NCBI GenBank assembly: GCA_963713815.1
Contig: CAVQNH010000007.1
Coordinates: forward strand, 90-64,089
DNA length: 64,000 nucleotides
Origin: an uncultured Actinomycetes bacterium
GTDB lineage: Bacteria > Actinomycetota > Actinomycetes > Streptosporangiales > Streptosporangiaceae
Reading direction: 5' to 3'
In this document: positions 1 through 9,626 of the stretch, piece after piece
How positions within the stretch are numbered: position 1 is the first letter of the stretch
Layout: every line of letters starts with the position of its first letter
Made by a program: the position numbers and the translations under genes
Notes under the pieces: model-generated
The model's database searches: none
Seen by the model: the letters and a program-made list of their open reading frames with translations, nothing else
What the model was told of the DNA's origin: nothing

Positions 1-1191
1 GGACGACCCCACGACTTTGGTGTCGCCCTGCCAGCGCGACGAACTGCGGGTACTCGCGGACCTGATCAGCTGACCAGGTGCCGTCGCGGCTAGCGCTGCA
101 GACCTAGCCGCAGCCGGGCAGGGGACTGCCCCCGCCTGGCTCCGGACTGGAGTCGGTGCTCGCACGTGGCGCACCGCCAGCGCCGGCTGGGCGGCTCTGC
201 GTTCTCCGGGGAGCATCTCCGGAGCGGGCATGTCGCCATCACGAACGGGGGCCGGGTGTGATGTGCTGCGGGATCGCTGCAGGGTGATGATGACCGAGAC
301 GAGGACTAGGGCAGCGCCGAGTCCTTCGCGCCAGGTGAACTGCTCGCCGAGGAACATGATCCCGGCCAGCACAGCGACGACGGGGTTGACGTACGCGTAG
401 GTGGAGACGGTAGTCACGGGAAGGTGGGACAGCGCGTAGCCGTAGGCGGTGAAGGCAAGGATCGAGCCGGGGCCGATGAGGTAGCCCAGGGCGATCCACG
501 ACGTAGCCGGGACCGAGGACCACTGGATGCGGGAGAACTCCCCGGAACCGGCGCCTACCGCCAGCAGTACCACGCCGCCGGCGAGCATCTCGATGGCGGC
601 GGCAAGCATCGCATGGCTCGGCACGGCGAGCCGGTGGCTCAGGACTGACCCGAAACCCCAGGCGGCCGCTGCGCCGAGCACGATGATCACGCCCGAGATA
701 CGGCCCGATGCCGTGCCGTCGCCGACCAGGATGATCACCCCGCCGAGCCCTACCGCCAGGGCGGCCGCGGAGCGGAAGGTGACGCGCTGATGCTGTACGG
801 GCCAGGCGAAGAGGATCATCCAGAGCGGCACCGTAGCCACCAGAACGGCGGCGAAGCCCGAGGGCAGCGTCGTCTCCCCAATGGTCACGCCGCCGTTGCC
901 CGCGAATAGCAACAAGACGCCGATGACGGCGCCGGCGAACCAGGCCCTGGCGCCTGGCTTCGCCCTGTCCTTGGCCGATCCGCGACTGCTGGTGGTTGCC
1001 CGCAGGGCGATGGGATAGAGCAGCGCGCCTGCTATGACGTACCTGGTGCCGGCAAACAACAGCGGCGGCAGGTGCCCGACCCCGACGCGGATGGCCAGGT
1101 AGGTCGATCCCCACACCAGGTAGACGACTCCCAGCGCGATCCAGCTCAGGACTCGGCTGCGGGTATCGACTGGGGTGCCGTTGCTGGTCAT
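1..1191 (-). CDS. EamA/DMT-family transporter. The 3' end is unresolved: no in-frame stop occurs before the window edge, which is why the ORF is absent from the supplied track.
   Basis: Hand translation of the minus strand from ATG at 1191-1189 gives MTSNGTPVDTRSRVLSWIALGVVYLVWGSTYLAIRVGV ... VPLWMILFAWPVQHQRVTFRSAAALAVGLGGVIILVG ... YAYVNPVVAVLAGIMFLGEQFTWREGLGAALVLVSVIITLQRS. It has two EamA-like halves with multiple hydrophobic helices. It is divergent from a GlxA/AraC regulator. Confidence 0.8.
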   Translation of the reverse strand, partial: MTSNGTPVDTRSRVLSWIALGVVYLVWGSTYLAIRVGVGHLPPLLFAGTRYVIAGALLYPIALRATTSSRGSAKDRAKPGARAWFAGAVIGVLLLFAGNGGVTIGETTLPSGFAAVLVATVPLWMILFAWPVQHQRVTFRSAAALAVGLGGVIILVGDGTASGRISGVIIVLGAAAAWGFGSVLSHRLAVPSHAMLAAAIEMLAGGVVLLAVGAGSGEFSRIQWSSVPATSWIALGYLIGPGSILAFTAYGYALSHLPVTTVSTYAYVNPVVAVLAGIMFLGEQFTWREGLGAALVLVSVIITLQRSRSTSHPAPVRDGDMPAPEMLPGERRAAQPALAVRHVRAPTPVRSQAGAVPCPAAARSAALAATAPGQLIRSASTRSSSRWQGDTKVVGSS

Positions 1192-1261
1192 GTTTCCATC
1201 GTTGACCGGCCAGGCTGGCGCCGCGAGTGGCAGAATCGACAACCTAGGGTAGATTGCTGCC

Positions 1262-2221
1262 ATGCATCGGATTGCTATCCCCATCACGCCAGGCTTGCCG
1301 ATGTTCGAACTGGCCATCCCGTGCGAGGTCTTCGAACCCGGCAGGCAAGACTTCCCCGTGCCCTGGTGGTACGAGCTGCAGTTGTGCGCGGTCCAGGACG
1401 GTCCGGTCCGCACCGCTGAGGGGCTGCTCTTCGACAGTTCGCTCGGGCTGGATGAGCTGAGCACGGCGGACACGGTGATCATTCCGGGATGCGCCGACCG
1501 GCAGAACGAGGCGCCTGAAGCGCTACTGCAGGCCCTGCGCACCGCCTATGACCGTGGTGCGCGGATCGCCTCCATCTGCACCGGCGCCTTCATCCTCGCC
1601 GCCGCCGGGCTGCTTGACGGCCGCACCGTCACAACCCACTGGATGCACGCCGACGAGCTCACCCGGCGGTGGCCAGCCGTCCGGGTCGAGCCCAACGTGC
1701 TCTACACCGACGACGGCCAGATCCTTACCTCCGCCGGGTCAGCAGCCGGACTGGACCTGTGCCTGCACATAGTCTGCAATGACCACGGGACCAGGATCGC
1801 GAACACTCTCGCCCGGCGGCTCGTCACCCCCCCGCACCGAGAAGGCGGACAGGCCCAGTACATCGAACAGCCGCTGCCCGCCAGCGGCTCTCAGGGCCTC
1901 GGCCCATCGCTGGACTGGGCCAGGGAGCACCTCGAGCTGCCGCTGACGGTCGAGGATCTCGCCCGCCAGGCAATGATGAGCCCCCGCACGTACGCCAGGC
2001 GATTCCGCGAGACGACCGGCACCACGCCGCTGCAATGGCTGTGCGCTGAACGAGTCCGCCGCGCGCAAGACCTGCTCGAGAACACCGACGACACCATCGA
2101 ACGCATCGCGACCCGTTGCGGCTTCGGAAGCGCACACCAGATGCGCACGCACTTCAACCGGATCAACCACGTGACCCCGCACGCGTACCAGCGAGCCTTC
2201 CGGCCCTACGCCGTAGCCTGA
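1262..2221 (+). CDS. GlxA-family transcriptional regulator (DJ-1/PfpI-like N-domain plus AraC/XylS HTH C-domain)
   Basis: 319 aa. The N-terminal amidotransferase-like fold includes ICTGAFILAAAGLLDGR. The C-terminal AraC HTH reads LTVEDLARQAMMSPRTYARRFRETTGTTPLQWL ... IERIATRCGFGSAHQMRTHF. Confidence 0.9.
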   Translation: MHRIAIPITPGLPMFELAIPCEVFEPGRQDFPVPWWYELQLCAVQDGPVRTAEGLLFDSSLGLDELSTADTVIIPGCADRQNEAPEALLQALRTAYDRGARIASICTGAFILAAAGLLDGRTVTTHWMHADELTRRWPAVRVEPNVLYTDDGQILTSAGSAAGLDLCLHIVCNDHGTRIANTLARRLVTPPHREGGQAQYIEQPLPASGSQGLGPSLDWAREHLELPLTVEDLARQAMMSPRTYARRFRETTGTTPLQWLCAERVRRAQDLLENTDDTIERIATRCGFGSAHQMRTHFNRINHVTPHAYQRAFRPYAVA

Positions 2222-2383
2222 GACCCCGGGCCCAGGGACGAGCGCGGAAGCTAGTGCCGTGTCAGGCTGGGTTTGCCCGCGGTCGCGGTCGGCGTGCCCG
2301 GGGCGGGCAGCGTCGCAGCCCGGGGACTCCTCTCCCCTGAGAACGGACAATCCCTACGATCAGGGGCCCGATGACGGCCGGGG

Positions 2384-3085
2384 TCAGTTACCAGGCCCGC
2401 TGACGGCGCCTTCGCCGCTGTAGCCGGCACCGCCGCCGCTGGATGAGCCCCGGGCCGGAGCACTGGAGGGACAGCGGCCGCTGGCGTACACGAGAGTCCA
2501 GCTGGCGGAGAACCCGGCGCTGCGGCGGCCGTGCCGCCCGGGCTGGGGGCTGGGCGGGCTGACGTTGATCCAGAGCCCGATCGGAGCGGGGATGGCCGCG
2601 GGGTTGATGGTGAACACGGTCTGGCCGCCGGCCTGGCTGTTCTGCAGGAAGATCCTGTCCAGCAGCCGGAAAGGGTGATGGGCAGGCTCCGGGTAGTACA
2701 GGCACGGGCGCGGGATCTGGCTGGTGAACCGGACCGTGGCCGGGACGCCATCGGCGCGCAGCTGGCGCTGCAGGCCGGCCGGGTTGCGCAGATCGCGGAT
2801 GGTGACCCTGACCCTGCCGCCAGGCCTGACGGAAACGGTCCAGGCCGCCAGCCTGACCGGGGTGGTGCCGTTGCCGCCGCCATGGCTGCCGCTGCCGGGC
2901 AGCACCGTGAGCGCCGTCACCGCGGCAACCACGGCGGCGGCCGCGGCCAGGCCGTACCGCAGGCGGCGCCGCCGGACCCGGGTGATGATGTCCCCGGCCG
3001 AGGTGGCCATCTGCTCCCCGGCCACGCTGTCGCGGGCATTGATGAGGCAATCGCGCACGGCCGTGAGCACGTCGTCGTCGGTCAT
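2384..3085 (-). CDS. Putative anti-sigma factor / single-pass membrane protein cotranscribed with an ECF sigma
   Basis: Its start overlaps the sigma-gene stop (ATGA, 3082-3085). It has a short cytoplasmic N-terminus, an Arg-rich stop-transfer segment plus TM helix (RRRRLRYGLAAAAAVVAAVTALTVL), and an extracytoplasmic domain. No family was recognised for the C-domain. Confidence 0.6.
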   Translation of the reverse strand: MTDDDVLTAVRDCLINARDSVAGEQMATSAGDIITRVRRRRLRYGLAAAAAVVAAVTALTVLPGSGSHGGGNGTTPVRLAAWTVSVRPGGRVRVTIRDLRNPAGLQRQLRADGVPATVRFTSQIPRPCLYYPEPAHHPFRLLDRIFLQNSQAGGQTVFTINPAAIPAPIGLWINVSPPSPQPGRHGRRSAGFSASWTLVYASGRCPSSAPARGSSSGGGAGYSGEGAVSGPGN

Positions 3086-3576
3086 TCCGAGGCCTCCTGA
3101 CTGGCCGGAACAAAGATCTGAGTACGCAAGGCGGCCAGCGCGCGGTGCAGGTGCACGCCAACCGTTCCCGGCGCGATGCCGAGGGCCTGGGCGGTGGCCT
3201 GGGCGTCCAGCTCGAACAACACCCGCAGGATGATCACCTGCTGCTGCCGGACGGGCAGCCGGCGTATCGCCGCCAGCAGCTCCTCATCCGGGGCGCCGGC
3301 GTCCTCCGGTGCCGCCAGGTCGCGGCGGCCGAGGGCGATCTCCCGCCGCCGGCGACGCCACCAGGAGACGTTCAGGTTCAGCGCAGTACGTACCACCCAG
3401 GCCCGGGGCGCCGGGTGCTGGCGCACCGTCCGCCAGGACGCCCAGGCCCGGGTGAACGCCTCCGCCACTAAATCCTCAGCCAGCTGGCGGTCGCCCACCG
3501 CGACCCGCACGATCTGCAGGCAGTCGTCCCGGGCGGCATCGTAGAAGCCGGTGAACTCCAGCCGCTTGTCCGTCAT
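3082..3576 (-). CDS. ECF (sigma-70 family group 4) RNA polymerase sigma factor
   Basis: Region 2 reads DLVAEAFTRAWASWRTVRQHPAPRAWVVRTALN. Region 4 HTH reads LPVRQQQVIILRVLFELDAQATAQALGIAPGTVGVHLHRALAAL. I chose the start at internal ATG 3576 (MTDKRLEF); the track ORF extends to 3651. Confidence 0.85.
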   Translation of the reverse strand: MTDKRLEFTGFYDAARDDCLQIVRVAVGDRQLAEDLVAEAFTRAWASWRTVRQHPAPRAWVVRTALNLNVSWWRRRRREIALGRRDLAAPEDAGAPDEELLAAIRRLPVRQQQVIILRVLFELDAQATAQALGIAPGTVGVHLHRALAALRTQIFVPASQEASE

Positions 3577-3979
3577 GCCCCCACTACGCATACCGCCCCC
3601 GATCCGTTTACACCAACGGGCAGCGCCAGCCGGCCCGGGGCTATCTCGCATAAGCAGGCGCGCAGGCTGCTGCTCGGTGACAGCGGATGAGGGTCGAGTC
3701 GTCGCCCAGGGCGGTCACGACAGTCTCCCGGTTCCTGGATGACGCTAGCGGCATGCGCTTTCTCTTAGCCGCATTAGATGCCCTGGCCGCCGATCCTTAC
3801 CCGGCAGAGTCGTTCCGGTGGGAAGAGACGTCAGGTCACCAGGCGAGGATCACCCAAGCCGGGTGGGTCATCCTTTGGCACGATCTGCCTACGTTGAGCC
3901 TGGCGAGCCAGAACACTGCCATCGCAAACGCGTGTCTGGCCGGGCAAAGGCGCTCACGCCGGGAGACGAGAGGTGCGGG

Positions 3980-4102
3980 ATGGCTAGTCCGAGCAGGGAT
4001 AACGCGCTGGATCATGTCGTCGTGGTGGTGTTCGGGAACCGCTCCGGCTACCGGGTCCCGGCCATCATCATGTCGCCGTGGGTGGCCGAAGGCGGAGTGT
4101 GA
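3980..4102 (+). pseudogene. 40-codon relic of a phosphoesterase-family gene (phospholipase C / acid phosphatase type), with N- and C-terminal motifs fused
   Basis: MASPSRDNALDHVVVVVFGNRSGYRVPAIIMSPWVAEGGV. DHVVVVVFGNRS resembles the N-terminal HVVvlmqENRSFD motif. GYRVPAIIMSPW..G.V resembles the C-terminal G.RVP.iviSPw motif of that family. The roughly 350 residues normally between them are absent. Confidence 0.4.
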
Positions 4103-4109
4103 GGTAGCT

Positions 4110-4938
4110 GTGACCGCGAGGCAAGAAGTACCACCGCCGGGCATGCCCGGCCCGATCGCCCGCTATGAGCGGAGCGTTATCGAGCGCATCAACAACTTCA
4201 ACGACCCGCGGCAGGAGTGGCGGCGGCTGTTTTCTGAGCTGCTCGGCACGTTCTTCCTGGTGCTGGCGGCCGCGGGCGGGGGCATGATGGGCCACGCGTT
4301 CCCCGGGGTGATCAGCCACGGCGCCGCGGTGGTGGCGCCCGCGCTGACGGTGATGGCGATCATCTTGTTCATGGGCAAGATCTCCGGCGCGCACCTGAAC
4401 CCGGCGGTCAGCATCGCGTTCGCGCTGCGCCGCGACTTCCCCTGGTGGCGGGTCCCCGGCTACATCATCGTGCAGCTCGCCGGGGCGTTCCTCGCCGCGC
4501 TGGTCCTGCACGCGATCATCAACGTCTCGGCCATGTACGGGTCGAACTATCCCGCGCCCGGCTACTCCGAGCCTGGCCGCGTTCTGGATGGAACTGATCC
4601 TGACCACGGGCCTGGTCAGCGTGATCCTCGGCACCGCGTCCGGCGCGCAGAACGTCGGCATCATCGGCGCGTTCGCGGTCGGCGGCTACATCGCCCTGGC
4701 CGGCCTGTGGGGCAGCCCCATCTCCGGCGCCTCGATGAACCCGGCCCGCACCTTCGGGCCCGACCTGGCCAGCACCACCTTCACCAGCTACTGGGTCTAC
4801 ATCGCCGGGCCCATCGCCGGCGCCGCCATCGCCGTCGTCGTCGCCTTCATCCTGCGCGGCCGCGGCGGCGACAAAGCCGCCCTCGGAGCCGCCCAGGGCG
4901 ACCTGTTCACCGAACCCTACGAACCCGGCAAATCCTGA
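4110..4938 (+). pseudogene. MIP/aquaporin-family channel, frame-disrupted (+1) near 4560-4580
   Basis: Both NPA boxes are present but in different frames. GAHLNPAVSIAFAL lies in the frame of track ORF 3687..4946; GASMNPARTFGP lies in ORF 4588..4938. The junction is ...SNYPAPGYS // LAAFWMELILTTGLV. Length 829 nt (mod 3 = 1). GTG start at 4110 is preceded by GAGG. Confidence 0.8.
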
Positions 4939-5059
4939 GCACCTGACCTGGCGATTTCGGGCCGGTGCCGGGCTCCGCAGCTTGGGGCTGTCACCCGTTT
5001 CGCACCTGACAGCTGCTGACGAGCTCCCCCGGTCGGCCCGCTGCCTCAATTCGTTGATG

Positions 5060-5566
5060 TCACCCGGTCTGGCTGGGCCAGCGGGCCAGTTGCCGCTGGG
5101 CGTCATCGTCGCCTGCATTGGCGAGCAAACGCAGCACCTCGACGTTGACCTGCCAGGTCCGCCAGAATGCTTGCAGAGCGGCCAGGCCACCTTCAGTGCT
5201 GATCAGCTCGCGTAGCTCAGTCAACCGGCCATGCGCTGCGAGCCAGCCGGCCAGCTCGTGCAGGGCGCGGTCATCGCCAGCGTTGACGCGCTGGCGAAGC
5301 TCACCGGCCTGATCGCTCTCGGCCAGCCAGCGGGCCAGCCAAAGCTGGGCGATGTCCTCCCCGGCATCTGCCAGCGGGCGGATCAGCGCGATAGCCTCCT
5401 GTGGCAGGCCGCGCTCACTAATCCAGTAGGCAAGCTGTTGCCGCGCATGATCGTCGCCGCCGTCGGCTCGGTGGCGCAGCTCATCAACCTCACCATTCTC
5501 GGCCAGGCTGTACGCCTGCCACCACCGGGCGGCATCGCTCTGTTCCTGGGCTGGCAAATCTGCCAA
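5060..5566 (-). CDS. Helical-repeat protein (TPR/Sel1-like repeats of about 35 aa)
   Basis: 168 aa with 4-5 copies of a unit like DELRhRAdgGDDhArqqLAyWLaerG: VDELRHRADGGDDHARQQLAYWISERG, GELRQRVNAGDDRALHELAGWLAAHG, LRLLANAGDDDAQRQLARW. Confidence 0.6.
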   Translation of the reverse strand: MADLPAQEQSDAARWWQAYSLAENGEVDELRHRADGGDDHARQQLAYWISERGLPQEAIALIRPLADAGEDIAQLWLARWLAESDQAGELRQRVNAGDDRALHELAGWLAAHGRLTELRELISTEGGLAALQAFWRTWQVNVEVLRLLANAGDDDAQRQLARWPSQTG

Positions 5567-5850
5567 AGCATGGCCTCCCTGCTAAGTCCTGCCGCCATGA
5601 CTGAAGGCCGCCGGTAGTTATCTGCGCAGGCTGATGAACATCCAGGCTATGTCGCGCGGCAAGCGCATCTGATCCCGAGCGTCGTCCGGGGGGCCATCTG
5701 GGGGCCGCCCAGCGCACGCCTGAAGGATGTGCCGTAGTGCTCGCGACAGGTGACGTTCTGCCCAAGGGGGCTAGCTTCCCTCCGCACCGCAACCACAGCT
5801 CGCCGAGCATCGCCGCGCCGATGTGATGCGGGCTAACGCAGGCTTACGCT

Positions 5851-6489
5851 ATGTCCATGACGGACGAGATGCCGCAGCTGAGGAGGGGCGGTGAGGCGTC
5901 TGCCGTCGGCTTGCGGGCGTCACATGCGGACCGGGATCGGGTCGTCGAGCTGCTCGAGGTGGCGGCGGTTGATGGCCGGCTGACCCCTGGGGAACTCGAT
6001 GAGCGGCTCGAGGCGGCCTTGACGGCACGCACCCACGGCGAGCTCGCCGTGCTGACTACGGACCTGACAGTTGCATCAGGTTCCGCCGCGGGCTCGCCGG
6101 TGCCCAGGCCGAAGGATCTCGTCCGGATCGAATGCCGCAGCAGCAGCAGCACACGTGATGGCGGCTGGCTCGTACCGGACCGGATGGAGGTGCGGGTCAC
6201 CAAAGGCACCGTGACGCTGGATTTCACCGAGGCGGTGATCTCGCAGCCCTTGCTCGTGATCGACGCTGACGTGAGCAGCGGCCGGCTGACCCTGGTGACT
6301 AAGCCTGGCATTGCCGTTGACACCGGCGACGTGGCGGCCGACAGCAGCTACGTGAAGGTCCGGGCACCCAGGGATCCCGAAGTGCCTGTCATCTTGCGGA
6401 TCCAGGTGTCGGGCAGGGTCTGCGGCGGGCACATTACGGCCCGCCCGCCGCGGCGGGCCTTCCGGCGGTGGCTGCGGCGGCATCCATGA
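5851..6489 (+). CDS. DUF1707 (SHOCT-like) domain protein with a LiaF-like beta-rich C-domain
   Basis: The N-terminus LRASHADRDRVVELLEVAAVDGRLTPGELDERLEAALTARTHGELAVLTTDL is the typical DUF1707 signature. The C-terminus has repeated beta-strand segments (VTLDFTEAVI, LVIDADVSSGRLTLV). Confidence 0.8.
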   Translation: MSMTDEMPQLRRGGEASAVGLRASHADRDRVVELLEVAAVDGRLTPGELDERLEAALTARTHGELAVLTTDLTVASGSAAGSPVPRPKDLVRIECRSSSSTRDGGWLVPDRMEVRVTKGTVTLDFTEAVISQPLLVIDADVSSGRLTLVTKPGIAVDTGDVAADSSYVKVRAPRDPEVPVILRIQVSGRVCGGHITARPPRRAFRRWLRRHP

Positions 6490-6796
6490 CCCCATACGCC
6501 TGCCTCACCCTGACCAGACGCACCGACCGACTCGGTCCCGCTGTCCAGGCGATTGAGCTGCGCGCAGATCTGGCTGATCTCGGCGCTGGCTGCTCTACCA
6601 CTAGATAAACGTGCACGTCTGTGCGTCCGCTTGCCACGCCCGTGCCCGGTGCTCAGTGAGGTAGGGCCCCCACAGCCGGCTGACTGCGAGTGACCAGCAA
6701 TCGAGCTCGCGCTGAGCACGGCAAATGAGCGCGCTGGGACACGAACCTGCGATTCTGCTGGCACGCACTGATGCGCCTGGAAATAGGGGGACCGTC

Positions 6797-7177
6797 ATGC
6801 CACGGCAGATCATCACGACCGCGAACGCGCCGAGTTCGCCGCTCTACAGCCAGGGAGTCAAGGCCGGACCGCACGTGCTTGTCTCAGGCATCGTCGGCAT
6901 CGACCCAGACACGGGCAGCCTCGCCGGGGGCACTATCCAAGATCAGACACGGCAGGCACTGGCGAATTGCGAGGCCATCCTCCAAGCCGGCGGCGCCAGC
7001 CTGGATGACGTCATCGAGGTCGGCATACTGCTCACCAACCCCGCCGACTTCGCCGGCCTCAACGAGGAGTACGCGCGGTGGTTCCCGTCCGGGCCACCGA
7101 CCCGCTACGTCGCCAAGCTCGGCGTTGACCTGCCCGGACTGCTCGTTTCGATCCGCATGACAGCATTCATCACGTGA
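6797..7177 (+). CDS. ridA: RidA/YjgF/UK114-family reactive-intermediate deaminase
   Basis: MPRQIITTANAPSSPLYSQGVKAGPHVLVSGIVGIDPDTGSLAGGTIQDQTRQALANCEAILQAGGASLDDVIEVGILL... The start is taken at internal ATG 6797. Confidence 0.9.
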   Translation: MPRQIITTANAPSSPLYSQGVKAGPHVLVSGIVGIDPDTGSLAGGTIQDQTRQALANCEAILQAGGASLDDVIEVGILLTNPADFAGLNEEYARWFPSGPPTRYVAKLGVDLPGLLVSIRMTAFIT

Positions 7178-7271
7178 AGAGATGACGTCAGACAGCGTGA
7201 TTGATTCGCTGCGGGGCAGGCAAGATGGACGATCTTGGCCTGATACGAGGCAGGCGTGTTATCGCAGCAGA

Positions 7272-7901
7272 ATGAGACCTGTGCGCAGTCATCCGCTCTT
7301 CCTTGTGCCAGCGTTGATGGCCACCATGACCTGCGCGAGCCTGGCGGGCTGCACCGGTACAGCGACGCCCAGCGCTGCCCATCCCGCAGCGCCTTCACCC
7401 TCTCCGCACCTGGCCAGCAGCCCGCGGCCCACCGCGCGGCCCGGCAGCCCAGGCAATCCGCTGCTGCTGTCCTGCGGCGAGGAGTCGTTCACCGAACCAC
7501 CCGTGCCGCAGCAGCCGCAGCCGGGTGACCTGGCCATCGGGCCGCTGTTCATCGTCAACGGGAAGCGGCTCGCCACCGCCAGCCCCGCAGGCTACGGGGA
7601 CCACGGGTTCTACAAGATCCCCATCATCGTGACCATGGGATCAACGGTGACGGTCACCATCGCCGCCCCGGCCCGCGGGCAGGTCATGATCGACAACCCC
7701 TACGCTCACTTGGCGGGTGTCAGCGATCTGGCCGCCGCCACCTACCGTTCCTGCTCCCACATCGCAGGCTTTTTCGCGCAGGGCTTCGCCTTCACCCATG
7801 GCCAGGCCCGTGGCTGCGTGCCGCTCGACGTGAGAATCGGCCACCAGCCACAGGTGCATCACGTCATGCTCTCGCTGTTCGCAGGATCCTGCTTGTCCTG
7901 A
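7272..7901 (+). CDS. Putative lipoprotein, function unknown
   Basis: Signal peptide with lipobox: MRPVRSHPLFLVPALMATMTCASLAGC. A Pro/Ser-rich linker precedes the globular domain. Confidence 0.6.
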   Translation: MRPVRSHPLFLVPALMATMTCASLAGCTGTATPSAAHPAAPSPSPHLASSPRPTARPGSPGNPLLLSCGEESFTEPPVPQQPQPGDLAIGPLFIVNGKRLATASPAGYGDHGFYKIPIIVTMGSTVTVTIAAPARGQVMIDNPYAHLAGVSDLAAATYRSCSHIAGFFAQGFAFTHGQARGCVPLDVRIGHQPQVHHVMLSLFAGSCLS

Positions 7902-8120
7902 CCTCTGCCAACCCGGCCGCCCCCTGCCTCCGCAAGCGCCAACGGGGTCCCTCCCCGGTCAGCCGAGCCAACGCCGAGGCCTGGCGGGTTCAACGGCCCG
8001 TCAACCGTCAGTTGGACCTAGGCACCACGAGTTCCCACGCGCCCACGAGAACGCATGCTGACCGGCTCATTAGTTTTCGAGGGCCTTAACAGGGCAGCAC
8101 GCGCTGGGCATACTGTCTCT

Positions 8121-8657
8121 ATGGCTTGGACCGAGGCGGCAACGGCACTTGTTGGCATCAGCGGAGGCCTCTTGGCCGCGGTAGGAGCCGCGACTACGTA
8201 TGGCACCAATCGTAGGGCCCAATACGACAGAGTTTTAGCTGAGACCTCAAAATTGACTACCGGCGACATTGCCATCAGTCGGCACCGTATCGGCCTAATT
8301 CTGGAGCATCCCGCAGATGACGGCCCTTGCCTCGACGAAAAGCAGGTAGAGGATTTTTATGATGTGCTGTGGATGTTTGAGAGATTGGACGCGCTCTTTA
8401 CATCACTGCAGCCAATCATTCCCCGTAGAAGGTTTACCCGTCCTCAACGTCTACTGTTGATCAGCGTCAACAGCGCTGCCGCCAACTGGATGGTTTACGT
8501 GGAAAATCTGCCAAGACCGATCACGGATGTCTCAAAAAGCAGTGCTGGCTTGAGACATCTGCACGCCGAGACCAGGGAGCTGACTTATGCTCCAAGTCTG
8601 GGGACCTGGCGGCATTCCAGAGCCGATTTTAAAGGCGGTGGTTCGGTTCCTTCGTGA
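8121..8657 (+). CDS. Hypothetical membrane-anchored protein in a low-GC island
   Basis: It has an N-terminal TM helix (ATALVGISGGLLAAVGAATTY) followed by a soluble helical domain. A/T-rich third codon positions are atypical for this genome. No family was recognised. Confidence 0.5.
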   Translation: MAWTEAATALVGISGGLLAAVGAATTYGTNRRAQYDRVLAETSKLTTGDIAISRHRIGLILEHPADDGPCLDEKQVEDFYDVLWMFERLDALFTSLQPIIPRRRFTRPQRLLLISVNSAAANWMVYVENLPRPITDVSKSSAGLRHLHAETRELTYAPSLGTWRHSRADFKGGGSVPS

Positions 8658-8816
8658 TGAATGGTAGCCTCGATCAGGCTTAATCTTGGTTTGGTGGCCT
8701 GAAACTGCAGGTGCGGGCGTCGTTCAGCCCGGCCATGCATACTGGACACAGGTGGCCCCTATCGCCCGACATCAGCTTTCTGACCTGCGCGGCTAACCTT
8801 ATTAGCCTCTTTGCCG

Positions 8817-9437
8817 CTAATTCGCATCGATGGAATCGCCGGGCGGCTCAGGGGGAAGATCACCAAAAATCCGCCGAGCTCGCGCATCGTGTGACTCACT
8901 GCTAGGCAGGCCGCCTCCCGTCACCTGTAGATCGCTTCGGGCCGATTCGTAAAACGCATCACGAGCTACATCAACTGCGGCTCTCGCAGTCCTCCAGTCA
9001 GAGTTATTCCCTGTAAGGAGTGCGCGTGCGTACGCCTCAAGCCGCCAAGCATGTTCATGCCAGTTTCTGCCAGCCGCCACAGTCTGAGGATGACCAAGCA
9101 GAAGAACAGTTTCCCACTGCCTAGCTCGCTCGTTTTCCGCAGCCGCTAGCAAATCAAGATTCTCCTGAGTCGGGATCAGCGGCTCAAGATCGCTACCAAG
9201 AAGACCCCTTCCAGCCGCGATGCGTCCTGCGATATTGATCATCTCCTTGACCGACTGAGCGTACGAGGCATAAGCCTCTACGCGTCGATCGTCCCATCGG
9301 CTATCTAGCGCTCGTTTCCACCGAGCGCGTTCTGTGGCCGCTGTGGTTAGGTACGACGCCAGAGCGCCGATGATCACACCCAAAAGCACTAGTGCCTGGT
9401 TTAGAAGCTGCACTATGACATCATCTGACAGTATCAA
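8817..9437 (-). CDS. Hypothetical membrane-anchored protein in a low-GC island
   Basis: It has an N-terminal TM helix (LLNQALVLLGVIIGALASYL) followed by a helical domain. Codon usage is low-GC3 (ata, tca, cta, ctt, aat). It is convergent with 8121..8657. Confidence 0.55.
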   Translation of the reverse strand: MILSDDVIVQLLNQALVLLGVIIGALASYLTTAATERARWKRALDSRWDDRRVEAYASYAQSVKEMINIAGRIAAGRGLLGSDLEPLIPTQENLDLLAAAENERARQWETVLLLGHPQTVAAGRNWHEHAWRLEAYARALLTGNNSDWRTARAAVDVARDAFYESARSDLQVTGGGLPSSESHDARARRIFGDLPPEPPGDSIDAN

Positions 9438-9570
9438 CCACTCGGCAGCGTAATCCTGACGTCCAGAGCCCGCCTGTTCCGTCTCTGTTCCCGGCTAACA
9501 CTGATCGGCGGCGGCGCGAGCGGCCCGGCGGGCCGCCTTGAAGCCGCAGAGAAACTACTCACCACCTCCG

Positions 9571-9626
9571 CTGAAGGCATCTGTCTGAAGGCATCCGCTG
9601 AAGCCATCCGTACTCAAGCATCCGTG
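9571..9626. repeat. Tandem array, 4 units of 13-15 bp (ctgaaggcatccg-like)
   Basis: Units: ctgaaggcatctgt / ctgaaggcatccg / ctgaagccatccgta / ctcaagcatccgtg. It is followed by a bulged hairpin at 9631-9657 (gaaccatgat gtgcg gatcatgggttc). Confidence 0.85.

Noticed and set aside
3687-3979. N-terminal part of track ORF 3687..4946 (MRFLLAALDALAADPYPAESFRWEETSGHQARITQAGWVILWH...).
   Set aside because: No recognisable family and no good start context. It runs into the relic region. It is probably decayed sequence rather than part of the aquaporin gene.
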